From NCBI GenBank assembly GCA_048013815.1, contig CM106585.1, forward strand, positions 1,364,001-1,428,000: a DNA stretch of 64,000 nt, in the 5' to 3' direction. Of the stretch, positions 49,168 through 62,511 are shown piece after piece; within the stretch, counting starts at the first letter, position 1, and every line of letters begins with the position of its first letter. Under the pieces are notes generated by a model. That model saw nothing but the letters and a program-made list of their open reading frames with translations. It was not told the DNA's origin and did not search any database. The position numbers and the translations under genes are program-made. This DNA comes from Setoptus koraiensis. Lineage: Eukaryota > Animalia > Arthropoda.

Positions 49168-49262
49168 GTCCAAACTATATCCAAACTGCGTCCAATCTAC
49201 GTCCAATCTACGTCCAATCTACGTCCAAACTACGTCCAAACTGTGTCCAAACTATATCAAAC
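49168..49262. repeat. 11-bp tandem repeat (GTCCAA[A/T]CTAC), ~8.5 copies
   Basis: Directly visible; central units are homogeneous and flanking units degenerate. Confidence 0.9.
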
Positions 49263-50796
49263 GCCCATCAAGCAACTAACCAAATAGCCAACTGGCCAAC
49301 TAACCAAACATTGTTGGCCGCTGAACTAATGGAGAGGCTAATAGTTATTAGCTCTCATGCATAGTTATAGTTTGCGAGAGCGGGGCGCATTCAGCCATGC
49401 GAGCAGAAGCAACAGAGCTCATTCGGAGAGGAAGGGTCACCTTTTTTCTGTCCATTGTCAGCAGCATCCGGATTAACATGGTGATAATAATTATAATTGA
49501 GTCTATGTTTTTATTTTTAGCCTCATCATTGCTCTGTTTTGATTACTCTTTGATGACTACACTACGACACTACGAGCCAATTACAAATGTGCCAGCTACC
49601 AAATTGCATGAGAAGCGTCAACAACAAGAGCCAACAATCTCCATCTACTGGCTGGCATCATTGCGCTTATTATTGGCGTTTTAGCTTAGGTGAAAACTCA
49701 TTTGCCTCTCAGCAACCACTGAAACCCAAGTCAAACTTGAATCCCGTTATATTTTTCACTGCTCTCACTGATAATCTCATTGCTGTTGCATTTGTTCAGT
49801 GCTTGCAAATTCACGCTACCTCGTTCAACGCTCACCTCACCGTCGCTGGTTATGTGCTACTGACCTATATAATATATGCATTACGTAACCAGAGCAAGTA
49901 ACAGCCAATGCACAGCTCACTTGCCACTGCTAACACATCATCGGTCTTGATGATGAACAAACTTTTAAATCAACTGCACTTGCCAACCTCAACAGTGAGA
50001 GTGAAATGAACATTGTATTGCGGTCAATTGTAATGCCAATGTGATAATATAAAATAAAATAAAATCCAAGCCAATAGTGTTTTCACGTGCCACCCTTTGC
50101 ACAAATCTGTGCACAACAATTTGTCAGTGCACAGATTGTGCCCGGTATAAGCTCGACTCAACAAATCAAAAGCAACATACGCAAGCTACAATCGCGCATC
50201 TCTCGCACTTCGTGTGCCCCCGCGCAGCACAGATTGGGCCTATTTGTCAAATAGTATTTGAGGCACAACTATTCGTTGGCTGTAAGTGCAACAAATAACG
50301 CATACGACACAAATGTTGTATAGTCACATATACTGAATAGTCACATGTATTATATAATCACATATATTATGTAGTCCCGCGAACCCTTTGGGGTGCTCGC
50401 CAGAGGGCGCACAATGCTGCTGCTGATGTTGGCTGGTGGTGCAGCGGTGCGATAGCAAAAAGTCAAGAAGAAAGCCCAGCGATAGTAATAAAACTAATGA
50501 GCACTCTATCTCTCTCTCTCTCTCTGACCAGCATCTAACGGCTGACTAAGACCGTGGCCAACAATAAATATATATATTTGTTTCTGTGTGTTTGTATGTA
50601 AGTTGCAGCGACTATATTGAGCTAGCTGGCTGAATGTCTGACAAACAGTTGCGAGTAGCTGGCCAGCAAACGCGATGGCTGCTCGCTCGATGTTGTCTGC
50701 AGCGTTGGTGTGTGTGTGTGTGTGTTTATTTGTGCGCATTAGTTCATATAAGACAGATCATGTTACATCATCGAGTAAACGTTTCTTTCCTTTGCT

Positions 50797-50798
<2 letters not shown>

Positions 50799-50850
<52 letters not shown>
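50799..50850. repeat. (TG)26 microsatellite
   Basis: Directly visible; one of many CA/TG tracts in 47-56 kb. Confidence 0.95.
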
Positions 50851-50851
<1 letters not shown>

Positions 50852-51384
50852 CTCGCAGTGTTTTTGTGCGCTCGTATATATGCGCTATCTCAGTTGAGTT
50901 GGATATTTATTTATCCCCGACACACACAGCCACAGCCTGTGACACAGGGCCTAAGTAACATGGAGCAATGGCAAAATGCACTCAAACAGCGCCACACAAC
51001 ACAACTGGTACAACTGGCGTCCAGACTCATTCGGACGAGCGTGCATAACAATGATGCTGGCACTGACATTAGCTGATTTGTCCCAAGCAACAAACAAACA
51101 AACAAACTTGTTTGCTGTTACAACCGGCAGCGCCAGCACCAGCAGCAGTGTGCTTGGCAGTATTTATAACTGATTGATTGCGTTTGCCATTTTGTGTCAT
51201 GTACGCTGGCGATAAATAGATAAATGGAGCTGCAAGCCATCAAGATCAAAAGGCACCGATTGACGCTGGCACTTGTCGATAGTTTGTTTTCGATTGCGAT
51301 GAATCTCGGTCAGCGCATAATAATGGCAGCATAATACCAGCAGCAATTTAGTTTGTCTCAATTTAGTCTCGATCCACTTGACAC

Positions 51385-51474
51385 ACGCGATTCGACGCGA
51401 TTCGACGCGATTCGACGCGATTCGACGCGATTCGACGCGATTCGACGCGATTCGACGCGATTCGACGCGATTCG
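51385..51474. repeat. Perfect 10-bp tandem repeat (ACGCGATTCG)x9
   Basis: Nine identical units with three CpG per unit. Confidence 0.95.
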
Positions 51475-53343
51475 CCATTGCGCCACCGGAAGGCGGCGGC
51501 TTCTCTTTGCGGCCATTCGTTTCGATGCGCTCCAATTTGTTGCTGTTGCGTTCTGTCTGTTGCGCGATGCTGGTTGCTTGTTGCCGTTATTCGGTGCGCT
51601 GCGGCCGATTGCGGTCAGTTGTTAGTTATTGGGGTCAGTTAGTGGTCATTGTGTGACAGTTGTTAGTTAGTGTGACGCTCGCTCGCTGCCGGCCAAACGT
51701 CACACTGATAAAACTAATAAAACTAATAAAATGTGTGTGTGTGTGTGGTCAATGGCGACGAGTCATTGACACACAATTACTATGCTGACCTGTTGTCGTG
51801 CCATCCAATAAGTGCAATAAGTGCAATAAGTGCAATAAGTAGATTTGTGGTGGCCCTATAAAGTTTTGCGCGCACCAATAGTCGTTATAGGCTAGCAATC
51901 GGGATGAGCGCGTGGATCGAATGCTGCGGCCCAATGGAAACGGCAAACGTCGCCAACCAATTGAACAGTCGATTGTGTGCACTGACAAGCTAGATAATGG
52001 CGGCGCCACTCGATCATTGCGTAATGATCCAATCGAGGCCTGATTGACTGATGATTTATGGGCACACAAAAATGTCTATTGTTGCCATAAATCAATGCCA
52101 CGCTATGCTAAATGACAATCATGATTTGAGGCGCGCACCATGGCTGGCATAATAATGGCAGCAAACCATTATTATTATTAGCGTGATTGCTTTGCAAAGT
52201 GGCCACGCTAATAATAATAATGTCCCGGCCAGCACAATAAAAAATAATAATAATAATGATGATGATGGCGCTGTCATCGTCAACTTAATGACGATGACTG
52301 TTGCCGGCGCTGCATTGCCGTTCTCTAGTGTGCGGCGCAAATATGCGCCAATGGCCAGCCAAGTTGTCGTCGATGGGTTGTGCCGGCCGGGCCCACACTG
52401 ACACAATCTAGCCGCGTTGGCCGATCGATATCTCGCATTATGCGCGTATGCGCAAGTATTATCCACAAGCAGCATTAGTAGTGTGCACCATTATTAGCAG
52501 TATCCACGAGAATTAGCATTATCCGAGCGCCGTGGCGCATATTTATACATTTATAACACCCACAACAATGCCGAAGCAAACGAGCATTGACAACAATTGT
52601 TGTGGCCGCAAACGACTTGTTGTAACAATGCGATACTTGCGCCAAGAGACTCTCAAGCTGAGAGTGCCCATTGATCGAGTCATTCATACATCATCGCATG
52701 ATATAATGACAATCGACAGCGGATCGTAAACAGCGTAGGCACGTGCAAACTAGAAGCCGGTGCCGCAACAGCTCAATTGCGAGCGACCACAAAGTTCGAG
52801 CTACAAAATATTGTTGCTTTGTTGGCTTACGATAGTCTCAAATTGGTGTGGCTGCATTAGCCGCAAACTATGCAAATTGTAATCGCAATGAACGATCACT
52901 AATTGTTTTTGTGATTAATAACCGCGCGCCAGTGATCCAAATCCATACGCAGCATCAAGCGCCAGTGACTTAATCAGAGCCGACAAACAATCACAGCTTT
53001 CAACCACCATGCGGCCGGCTACTGGTGCCACAACAGCACAACAACACACCAACAACCGGCTGCCACTTCCTCTGTCACAAGCTGTCAAGTTGTCTCTGTT
53101 GAATCTGCCAGTAAATGGTTCATTTGACTTTTGTTTGGCGAGCGGGCTAAAAAGAGAGCCGGCACAGAGCGAGAGAGAATTGGCAACCTCAATTGTGTGC
53201 TGGCTGCACAACGAACGTTTGAGGCTCATGTGATTAATTGATTATGTAATTGTTGTTATTTTTCACAAAATAATCAAATGATTAGCGCTGAGGCGGAAAA
53301 TCAACTGCTTGGCTAGTTGTATGATTGCCAGCCGGCCAAGTAT

Positions 53344-53377
<34 letters not shown>

Positions 53378-55754
53378 GCACTGTTTATTACTGCGCTGTT
53401 GTCAGTGGCTTGATAATTGTTGTTGTTTTTGATTTTGTTTGTTTGTATCCAGCTGACAGCCAGACTGAACAGACACACTAGCCAAGACGCTAGTGAGTCT
53501 GACAAACGTGGGACGCCCCAAGAAACACAAACACACACACACACACACAGCTTGATACGTTTGCATTGCGCTCAATTACATAACTTTTGCGAGCCATATT
53601 TCATTAGGCATGACCCCTAAGTGGCGACGAACGGAACGGGCGCACACAAACGCTGCTCGCAATCACTGCGGGAACTCAACTTGGCGCTAGACACTTCGTG
53701 CTGCTTGGTTGTAGTAATACTTTGTTGTAAATGCCCCAATATTCAGCAAATGTTGCCGACAATGAGTCTACCTTGCTGTTGTTGTTGTCGTCGTCGTCTG
53801 TATTTTAACATTTATTTCAATGCACAAAGACAGATATCGCTATAGATAGTGAGTATAAGTGCGTGAGTTGTGAGAGTCTGTGTCCATTGTTGTTTGTTTG
53901 TATTGTCATGGTCAGTGATGAATATGAAAAGATGCTCACCGACACACAAGCACGCGTTGTGTTGTGTTTTGCGGAGAGAGGGAAAAGGAAAAAACTAACA
54001 ATTCCATATGAACAACAGCAACAGCAACAGCTACTATTACAAAAACAGCTTTAAAAGAACAATAACAACAATTGATAATAGACTCTCTGCAACGAACAGG
54101 CAGGCAGGCAGGCAGGCAGAATATGATAATGTCCTCGTCTGATGTGTCCTCTCTTGTTCGCCGAACAATGCGACAACATGCGTTACAACAATAACTATGC
54201 TTGTCACATGAGGGGCCATCCATTCTGGCCGGCGGACGCGCCGACGACGATGACAAATTTAACTACCGCAAATTGATTCATGATTAGTGATTGGTATTTG
54301 ATATTTGCAGTTCCTTTTGATGATCTGCTGGCTGCTTGCTGTGATTGTCGCTCATTATTGTCGCAAGTCGCCAACCCATCCCATTTGAACAACCGATCGC
54401 AGGCAGTTTGCAAGCGACGCAGTGCGCAAACTGCAGGACTAGCTCGGGGTGCCGCAAACAAACAAGTTGTCCTATATGCGTACAGTACATGTGTGCGTGT
54501 GAGTGCGCACAGTAAACTGTGTGGCTGTTTGCTGGTAATAGTAGTACCGTGGCCCGCCGCTAGGATCAATTATTAGTTGTGCGTCTGGCTCATTAGACTG
54601 ATGGCTGCTGGGTCGCCCTTTACTATGCGTGTCGCATGTAGTGCGTTAGTAAGTGGCGCAACTAGCGCCACTACAACCTAATGTGTGCACTGAGACCAGC
54701 AGCAGTGTCTGGCAGTGTTTGTGCCCGTTTTGTGTGCCATCAATGATTTGTTTGTGTGTGTCTACCATTCGCTATATCTAGTCCGACTCGCTCACTATAC
54801 GACGACATCCTCGGCAACAGCAACAGCAACGTCGACGACAACAACAACAGCGACCACCACCACAAGTATGAGAGTGCATGGAACAGTTGAAATTTGAGTC
54901 GAAAATTGAGAGTTATTATTTCTCTCTCTCTCTCTCTCGCTCTCTCTGTCGCTCAATAGGAAGAATGGGCACGCCGTCGTTGGCCGATCCACGCAGTTTA
55001 GATAGTTCTATATATATTTATATATATTTATATATGGTCTCTCGATTGAGCGTGGTACTGGCGCCATTTATCTGCCACTGCCACCGCCGCCGCCGCCGCC
55101 GCCGCTGCCACCGCCATCAACAGCAAACACCTAATAACGTCAGCCAGTGAATCCAGTGCGGATTGAGTCAGCGGCACAACCACCGCGGCGATCATTCCAA
55201 AGTCGTCTACTGGGCACAGACAGCCAGCCAGCCAGTCAATCTAGACAGCTTAGCTTGCTTTTTGCATTTCGCTCGCCCTTTCATGAGCTTAAATTGGATT
55301 GACAACGCACCCTAGCACACACACACTTTCTCGCAGCAGCAGCAGCCGCAGCAAACAACAAAAAGACGACAACCAATTATAGTACTCGACTGAGTATCTC
55401 ATCAATGAGCTCGCCATTGACGACATGATTCACACACCACTGGCGCTGTTAGTGGAGGGTGGCAGCAGCAGCAGCAAGGCACCATTTGAAACTTTAGTTT
55501 AGCCATTTATTTGCCAATGCGCATGCGCCAGATGCGCAATAACACCAAGAAGTGAGCAATTACATAGCGCAAATTCGACTCTTAATCTGTAAAGTTCTCT
55601 CCAAGTGCGTGCGTGTGTGTGTGTGTGTGCGTGTGTGTGTGTGTGTGTATGTGTATGTGTTATCAAACCAATCCAATTGGAAGCGACCAATTTTGTTCAA
55701 TTCAATTCGATTAGAACAACAACAACAACATCAACAATCAAGCAAGCTAATAAC

Positions 55755-55764
55755 TCACACACAC

Positions 55765-55810
<46 letters not shown>

Positions 55811-55878
55811 CCACGCGATGATAAATCGTCGCTTGTGTGCGTGCTGGTGTGTCTAATTGAGCGAGCGAGCAAGCGAAT

Positions 55879-55914
<36 letters not shown>

Positions 55915-55925
55915 CACACGCACAC
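55755..55925. repeat. Compound (CA)n microsatellites just upstream of eya
   Basis: Two long CA tracts (~55755-55806 and ~55879-55927), preceded by a TG tract at ~55608-55650. Confidence 0.9.
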
Positions 55926-56097
55926 ACATACAGAATAATGTGCACTGGGACATGTTTACCCACAACACACTGCATAATAATTCTATTCTAATAAGATAGA
56001 ATTCGCCATTCAATTATAGAATATTGTCATCATTATTATTACAATTGTAGTATCGATTTAACGACAACTAATAGCACACATAATAGCGGTAACAAAT

Positions 56098-59000
56098 ATG
56101 TCGGATCATCAGGTCGCGGGTGGCAACAACAACAATTCATTGTTTAGTAACAACGGCGAGCAACAACAGGCAATTATCAATAATCAGGCAACACCAACAA
56201 TGCCGGCAACCACCGATACGACAACAGAAACACTGGCAACGGAAACAAGCACGGACGCCAATAATTCAGAAAATGATCATCAACCAACAGATAATAATAA
56301 CATGAACACAATTAACAATAATGCCTACCATTCGGATCATCATTTATTGCAACATTCAGATTATGATACGCACACCAGTAGCATGCTGTTGGGATGCTCA
56401 TCGACGGCCCCCTCTCACAATGGCCTGATGGGCGCAAACTATCACAATCATAATATTTTCTCTTATTTAAACCTCGACAATTCACCATCTTCCTACGGCC
56501 AACATCAACACCATCATCATCACAACCACCACAGTCACCACAACCACCAACAACAACAACAGCAACAACAGCACCAACAACAGCACCAGCAACAGCATCA
56601 GTCGACATTTTTAAACAATCATCATCATCACATGCAAACAGCATCACAGTCAGGTGTAGCCGGCAACACCAACCAGGCAACACCAACGGCCGACGATCAA
56701 ACTACAGCAACAGATCAGCTACTGTCTTATCATCAGCTCAATCAGCAGCAGCAGCATCAGCACCACCTTCATCACCACCAACAGCAACAACAGCAATCTC
56801 ATTATCATCAGCCCATCGGTTATCTTCATCCACATTCGCATACCCATCCTCATCATCCCCATCATCTTATTAGTAGCAATAGTGTCGATCACCATCATAT
56901 GCTTGCTACACCTCAACAACATCATCATCTATTCATTTCGCATTCGGAAGATTCCTCTGTTACTGCTGCCGGTATACCGTCTGTTTTAACTAATTCACAA
57001 CAATTATTAACCAATGACCATCTTGGCTCATCAGCGTCCCCACAATCTTTACAACAATTACATGGAGCTTCATGTATGATCAATCCCCCCTTGATTACGC
57101 CATTGGAAAGTATTGATTTAGTCAATAATGTCAACAATGCAATGTTACACAATCACGGATTGCTCGCCCAACAACAGCACCACCATCATCATCAAAATCA
57201 TGACCTACAACATTATCAGCAACAGCAGCACCAGACATCTACATATCCGCAGCATCAACAGATTAGCTTGAATGATAATCATCACAGTCTTATACATCAT
57301 CATGCGCAACAACAACAATATGTTCACCATCATCATCAACAACACCACCATCAGCATCACAGCAACCAGTTCTTGAATCAGAATTCAGATCATGCTACCA
57401 CGATAGCATCAACTATTAGTGAACAACAACATCCAAGTCAGCTAGAGCATCATCATATTGATAATCATCACCACCACCACCATCACCAAGAACCACATAT
57501 CCATGAGCAGCAGCAACAGTTTCGCCTCACAGCTCATCATCAACAAATGAATGGTGAGGATTCGCATCAAGATCATCATTTTCACCAACTAAACCAAGAT
57601 CAGCATCAGTTAGACACCCACCATCAAACTATCATGAGTGCTAGTCTCGGTTTGAATAGTGGTCCCACAGTTGATTTACCAGTATCGCCGTTGCTCACTA
57701 GTCCACCAAATCATCAATCCAGTCCAGTAGACAATCATAGTAGTAATAATAATAATGCATTAGCTACTCATACAACTGGTAGCACTTCTTCTACAACAAT
57801 AGCAATAGACAACAATATGAATGCTCCAGATCTTATTGATAGAAAGGATATCATTAATACTTCGAGTTTAAATGATTCTGTTACGAATCATAATCATACT
57901 TCATCGCACAAGCGAAAATCAGCAGATTCAGGAAATGAATCCGCACCACCAACTAAAACGTCCAACATCAATGGCAGCAAGACAACAAACAATCATAAAA
58001 ACACATCCAATGTTGGTACCGGACTGAACGCAAATGGAGATAATGGGAGTAGCATCACATCTAAGCTGGGTGTTGGAGAAAAACGAAAACGAGGTCGACG
58101 TCGTCAGCATGCAGTTGCAGATCAAACTAATGGGTTAGAACGAGTTTTCATCTGGGATTTAGACGGAACGCTTATTGTTTATCAACATCTATTATCATCT
58201 TATTATGCTTCAGTGCACTCATTGGTAAGTCGATGAAGATAATTATAAATTGGTTGAGATTTATCAATAGAAAACTCAATAATATTGATATGTATATTCG
58301 GGGAGATAGAAACGCTGCTGTGCATTCCCAAGAATCATCATTTCCAGTCTACAAAACGAAGTGTTTGAAGTGTATCCCCTCTAACTGTGAAATCTTTAAT
58401 TTGTTAACACCTACTCAAATACTCAAACCTACATCTTCATCTTGAGATAACAATCAACATCTTAATAATAAATTTATTTCGTCTTATCTTCTCAACAATC
58501 AACATGATTGTCTTCGGATAGGATGCTAGATGTGCGGAAAAGCTACAATCATTAGGTACTCGTATTCAGGAGATGGTATGCAATTTTTGTGATGAAAGGT
58601 TATTTTATCAAGATCTCAAATTAACTGTATGTATTGATAGACAGCAGAGATGAAAATCCAACTGATCCAGAGAATTCTACTTTTCGACCACACGTCTTTA
58701 CTAATTCCAAGTGTCTATAATAATACTAAATATGCGACTAACTACTAACTTACTAGGGCATCGACTATATGCACATTGATGACCAAAATTGTGAGGAAGC
58801 TAAATCCATGGATCTTAGGTAAGAACTGAAGCGATCTCAACAAAAAGCAATATACACCAATCGACAAATTTAATTATTCACTATCTGATCTGATATTTTG
58901 TCTATAGCAAATATGATTTTATAAGCGATGGTTTCACAGAAAACAAGAAAAACGGATCTAATCATTCAATGATGAAATACGTTCCTTCCGTCAACAGTCA

Positions 59001-60640
59001 TTTATTGGTTTCTTCTCTCACCGGAGCCACACATAATAACACTGATTCGGATTTTGATGGTCGAACCAATAAAATGCCAGTGCACAATCATTACTCCTCT
59101 TACCAACAACAGAATCCTGGTTTTGATTCGATGAATGATGATAATGATCAGATCAGGCATGACAATCACATGCATTCAGAAAACACTTTCATATTTGCAG
59201 GAGAGAATTATAACAACTTGACTTTTGACCTTGCACCGAGGTGCCAACATGATAATGCTGAAGCGAGTAATTGCAATTCAAATGTCAACAACAACCTACA
59301 GGTGATATATTTAGATAAGACAAAATCTGAACCGGCCTTAGTAGCAGACCAACAAATTGAGCATGAAAATGACGGACTATTGGATATTGTCAATAATAAT
59401 ATAGATGAAAAATGCAATCCAATCAAAGGAAATCCATCGTTAGACACGAGTATAACTACTGACGATGCAGGGGACACTGTGATCAATGTTAGTCAACCAT
59501 ACCACAATAATAATAATCATAGTAATAGCAGTAGCAACAATCTTCCTAGTTCTATTCTCTCAGCTAGCCAACATCTTAGACCTCATCAAGATCATAGTCA
59601 CACACATGATGATCATCATAATGATGTGTCGAGATTGACAAACACTTCTTCGAACACAACTACTTCTACTAGTATCAATGCAACTAATTCTCCCAGCTTT
59701 ATGTCTAATCTAAATACCGGGGTAAATATTGGCTCTCATAATCACCAATATTTAGCTAATCAACATCACAACCAACACCACAACCATCAACACTTCCAAC
59801 AACAGTACCAACATTTCAATAACCACCATAATCATCAGCATCCTCCACCTCTTACAAATAATAATTTTATTCATCATATCAATACAAATCATCACTCATC
59901 TTCTTATACTCATCAGTGTAAATCGGCAAATATAGACTGGTCTAGAAAATTGTCGTTCAGATACCAGCGAATAAAAGAAATATACGAGCAATTCCGAGGT
60001 TCCGTTGCAAGTGAGTAAACAACTCCTTTTTCTCTTAATAGCAAATTAAAAGATAAACAAATCCTCTGATCAACTTCAACGAAATTATTCCCACAATCTT
60101 CCACAAACTTGAAGATCAAGATATAATGAGGTATCGAGGTGAATGGGCGAGTGTTGTAAGCCCAATCGATACGCTAACAGCCGAATGGAGGTTAAGAGCT
60201 ATGGACTGCTTGAGGTTGATCGCTGATTCGTAAGTATAGTTTGTCTTACCAGATAATGATTGTTATGGCACGAAGACTCGATATTAATAGTTCGAAAATT
60301 GATTTCTTCAAATTATTCCAGACCAAATTGTACGAATGTCATAGTGACCAAATCTCCTTTGGTTTTCGCATTTGGTCAGATTCTATGCTACGGGTTGGGA
60401 GAATACTTCCCCGTAGATCAGATCTACAGCTCACACAAGGTGCCCAAAGAGGCTTGCATCAGGAGAATAATAAAGAAATTTGGAGCACCTAACAGGTGCA
60501 GCTATATTGTTATTGGCAGTGATCAAGAAGTTGAGCTTGCAAAGAAAGTTGATTTACCTTTTTGGCGTATAACCTGCAATGACGGGCATCAGCAATTATC
60601 TCAGTTATACAGAGCACTTAAAGATGGATTTTTATTATAG
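56098..60640 (+). CDS. eya: Eyes absent homolog (divergent), exons 56098-58224, 58522-58626, 58757-58818, 58908-60010, ~60115/60121-60229, 60322-60640
   Basis: GRRR...LERVFIWDLDGT, QEMVCNFCDERLFYQDL, YMHIDD, DLSKYDFISDGF, NIDWSRKLSFRYQRIKEIY, TLTAEWRLRAMDCLRLI, NCTNVIVT, YGLGEYFPVDQIYSSHKVPKEAC and LPFWRI align in order with the Eya domain; GT-AG introns keep the frame. Confidence 0.92.
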
Positions 60641-61246
60641 AACAATGATTTATAAAATCAGCATACGCCCATAGATAAATTGATTGATGAAAACAGTATA
60701 AAGTTTATGATATTCTATGGACAATTATATGTGCATATCGATGTATGAAACTGTACTTCTCATAAAGTTATCCATGAAGATATTTATAGTTATTTATACA
60801 TACTTTAGAAACAGCCGCTTTAGGTTTGTCGTTTTAATGAACCAATTCAAAGATTTTTCGTTTGGGTTCCTTGAGTTGTTCTCTTTCATATTCAAATCAC
60901 ATGACAACTAACTGGTACGATCTTCCATAATCGGGACAGTTGACCTAAGCATCGATCGTTTCGAAATTTTTCATGAGAACAAAGAATTGCTAGGGAAGCA
61001 ATGGAGAGCACCCAGCATCAACATGAATCGAGAATTGGAGATCTCAAGCTTTACCCTACGATACTTATGTACTGTAGGGTGCAGTGAATCCGCTAGGCTC
61101 TTTGCTCCCAGTAGACAACGATTCTACCTAAAGACAAATTATACTAAACTACATGGATGTGTCACTAAAAGGATTGAAAGTAATCTGTAAAAAAAAACGA
61201 ATGTGCTGTAATTTGTAATAGACATTTGTAGGTCAATGACATTGTT

Positions 61247-62087
61247 TTATTGTGTTGTACCCTGACCTCCCTCGCCCTCTGCGCCTCCGTTCTCTCGCCT
61301 GGCTTGCTCCTCCATTCTCATTCGTTGCTCCTCCACAGAGATTCTGAGAGCCAAAACTAATTCAGGGTCCTCGCTCGGGTCGACTCCGAACTCAAATCTT
61401 CCATCCGCGTTAGATCCAAACTCTCCTTGTATGAGTGCCGAACTGACAAGGGCATCGTGTAAGTTTGTTCCGGGCGGAATGCTAAATATGTGACTGGTAC
61501 CATCGCGGCCATTGATGGTTTCAACGAAGTTGGCCAGCTTTTTGGAATTTTCGTCCTGACCAAAATTAATTATGTCTACACTGACCTTTTCTTTACGTAA
61601 TCGTTTCGCCAGTTTAATCAGTTGATCCTCATCTACATCGTCGAGAGGACTACCGACGAAGGCCACGATTCTCATTTTATGATTCTTGCCTTGACGATTT
61701 TTAAGTGCCAAGTGAGCTATCTTAATGCCGGTTAAAAAGTCCACGAAACCTTTAGGCTGGACTTGATGTAGCTTGCTCATAATACGTTGGGCGTCCGATG
61801 TCAGAGAAGCCAATACTTCAGGGTGTTTAGATAATGTTATAAGGCCGACATTGTTTTCGGCATTGGCTCCGGTCTTAGAATGACAAACGAGATCAACGGC
61901 ATTTTCTTGGGCTTGTAGTCTGGTAGGTACGAAATCGCCATTTCTCATATATTCACTGTTGTCAACACTGATATTTATGATATGACGAGAGAAATTTAAT
62001 AACAAATATTAGAAATATGGGGTGCGCGAACGAGATGAATAAATCACCGAAGACTACTTACCAGACAATTGTACTTTCGAGAACCAT
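61247..62087 (-). CDS. PSMD4: 26S proteasome ubiquitin receptor Rpn10, exons 62087-62062 and 61967-61247
   Basis: Spliced N-terminus MVLESTIVC|[20 protein letters not shown]; vWA motifs [23 protein letters not shown] and LKKEK-like [10 protein letters not shown]; [25 protein letters not shown]. Confidence 0.96.
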
Positions 62088-62511
62088 CCTGTATATATTG
62101 TCTGAGATGTTTAGAAATAGTAGTAATATTTAGACAAGATTATTGTAATCACTATTACACACGACGTTTTCTTCTTGAAGTCTGTTTTTTGTTCTCAAAA
62201 CATCTGTTCCAATTTTATTTTTATCAAGTACATTTTTGATTACATTAGGAACGCTTTAAATGCGACAATGGAGCGCGAAACTCGAAAAATCGTGAATATC
62301 CAGCTCAAGTAAATATTCATGAATATTTACATCATTGCACTTGAAATTAAATAATATATACAAATGAAGATTATTGAATACAGTACAGTATAAGATTTAT
62401 GATGTTATACAAGCGAATATTTATCAGTGTACCGATATAGGCATATGATAGCTACTCTTTTAAAGTTGCTCATAAAGATATTTATGCAACATATGTTGTT
62501 GGTACTTTATA

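Noticed and set aside
55458-55490. GCACCATTTGAAA resembling miR-29/285
   Set aside because: Seed position mismatched (GGCACCA) and no hairpin partner.
46700-56013. Many short ORFs upstream of eya (CVCVCV, THTHTH, ERERER, RFDAI repeats)
   Set aside because: Translations of (TG)n, (CA)n, (AG)n and decamer repeats.
61053-61080. Small hairpin ACCCTAC...GTAGGGT between eya and Rpn10
   Set aside because: Only a 7-bp perfect stem; expected by chance.
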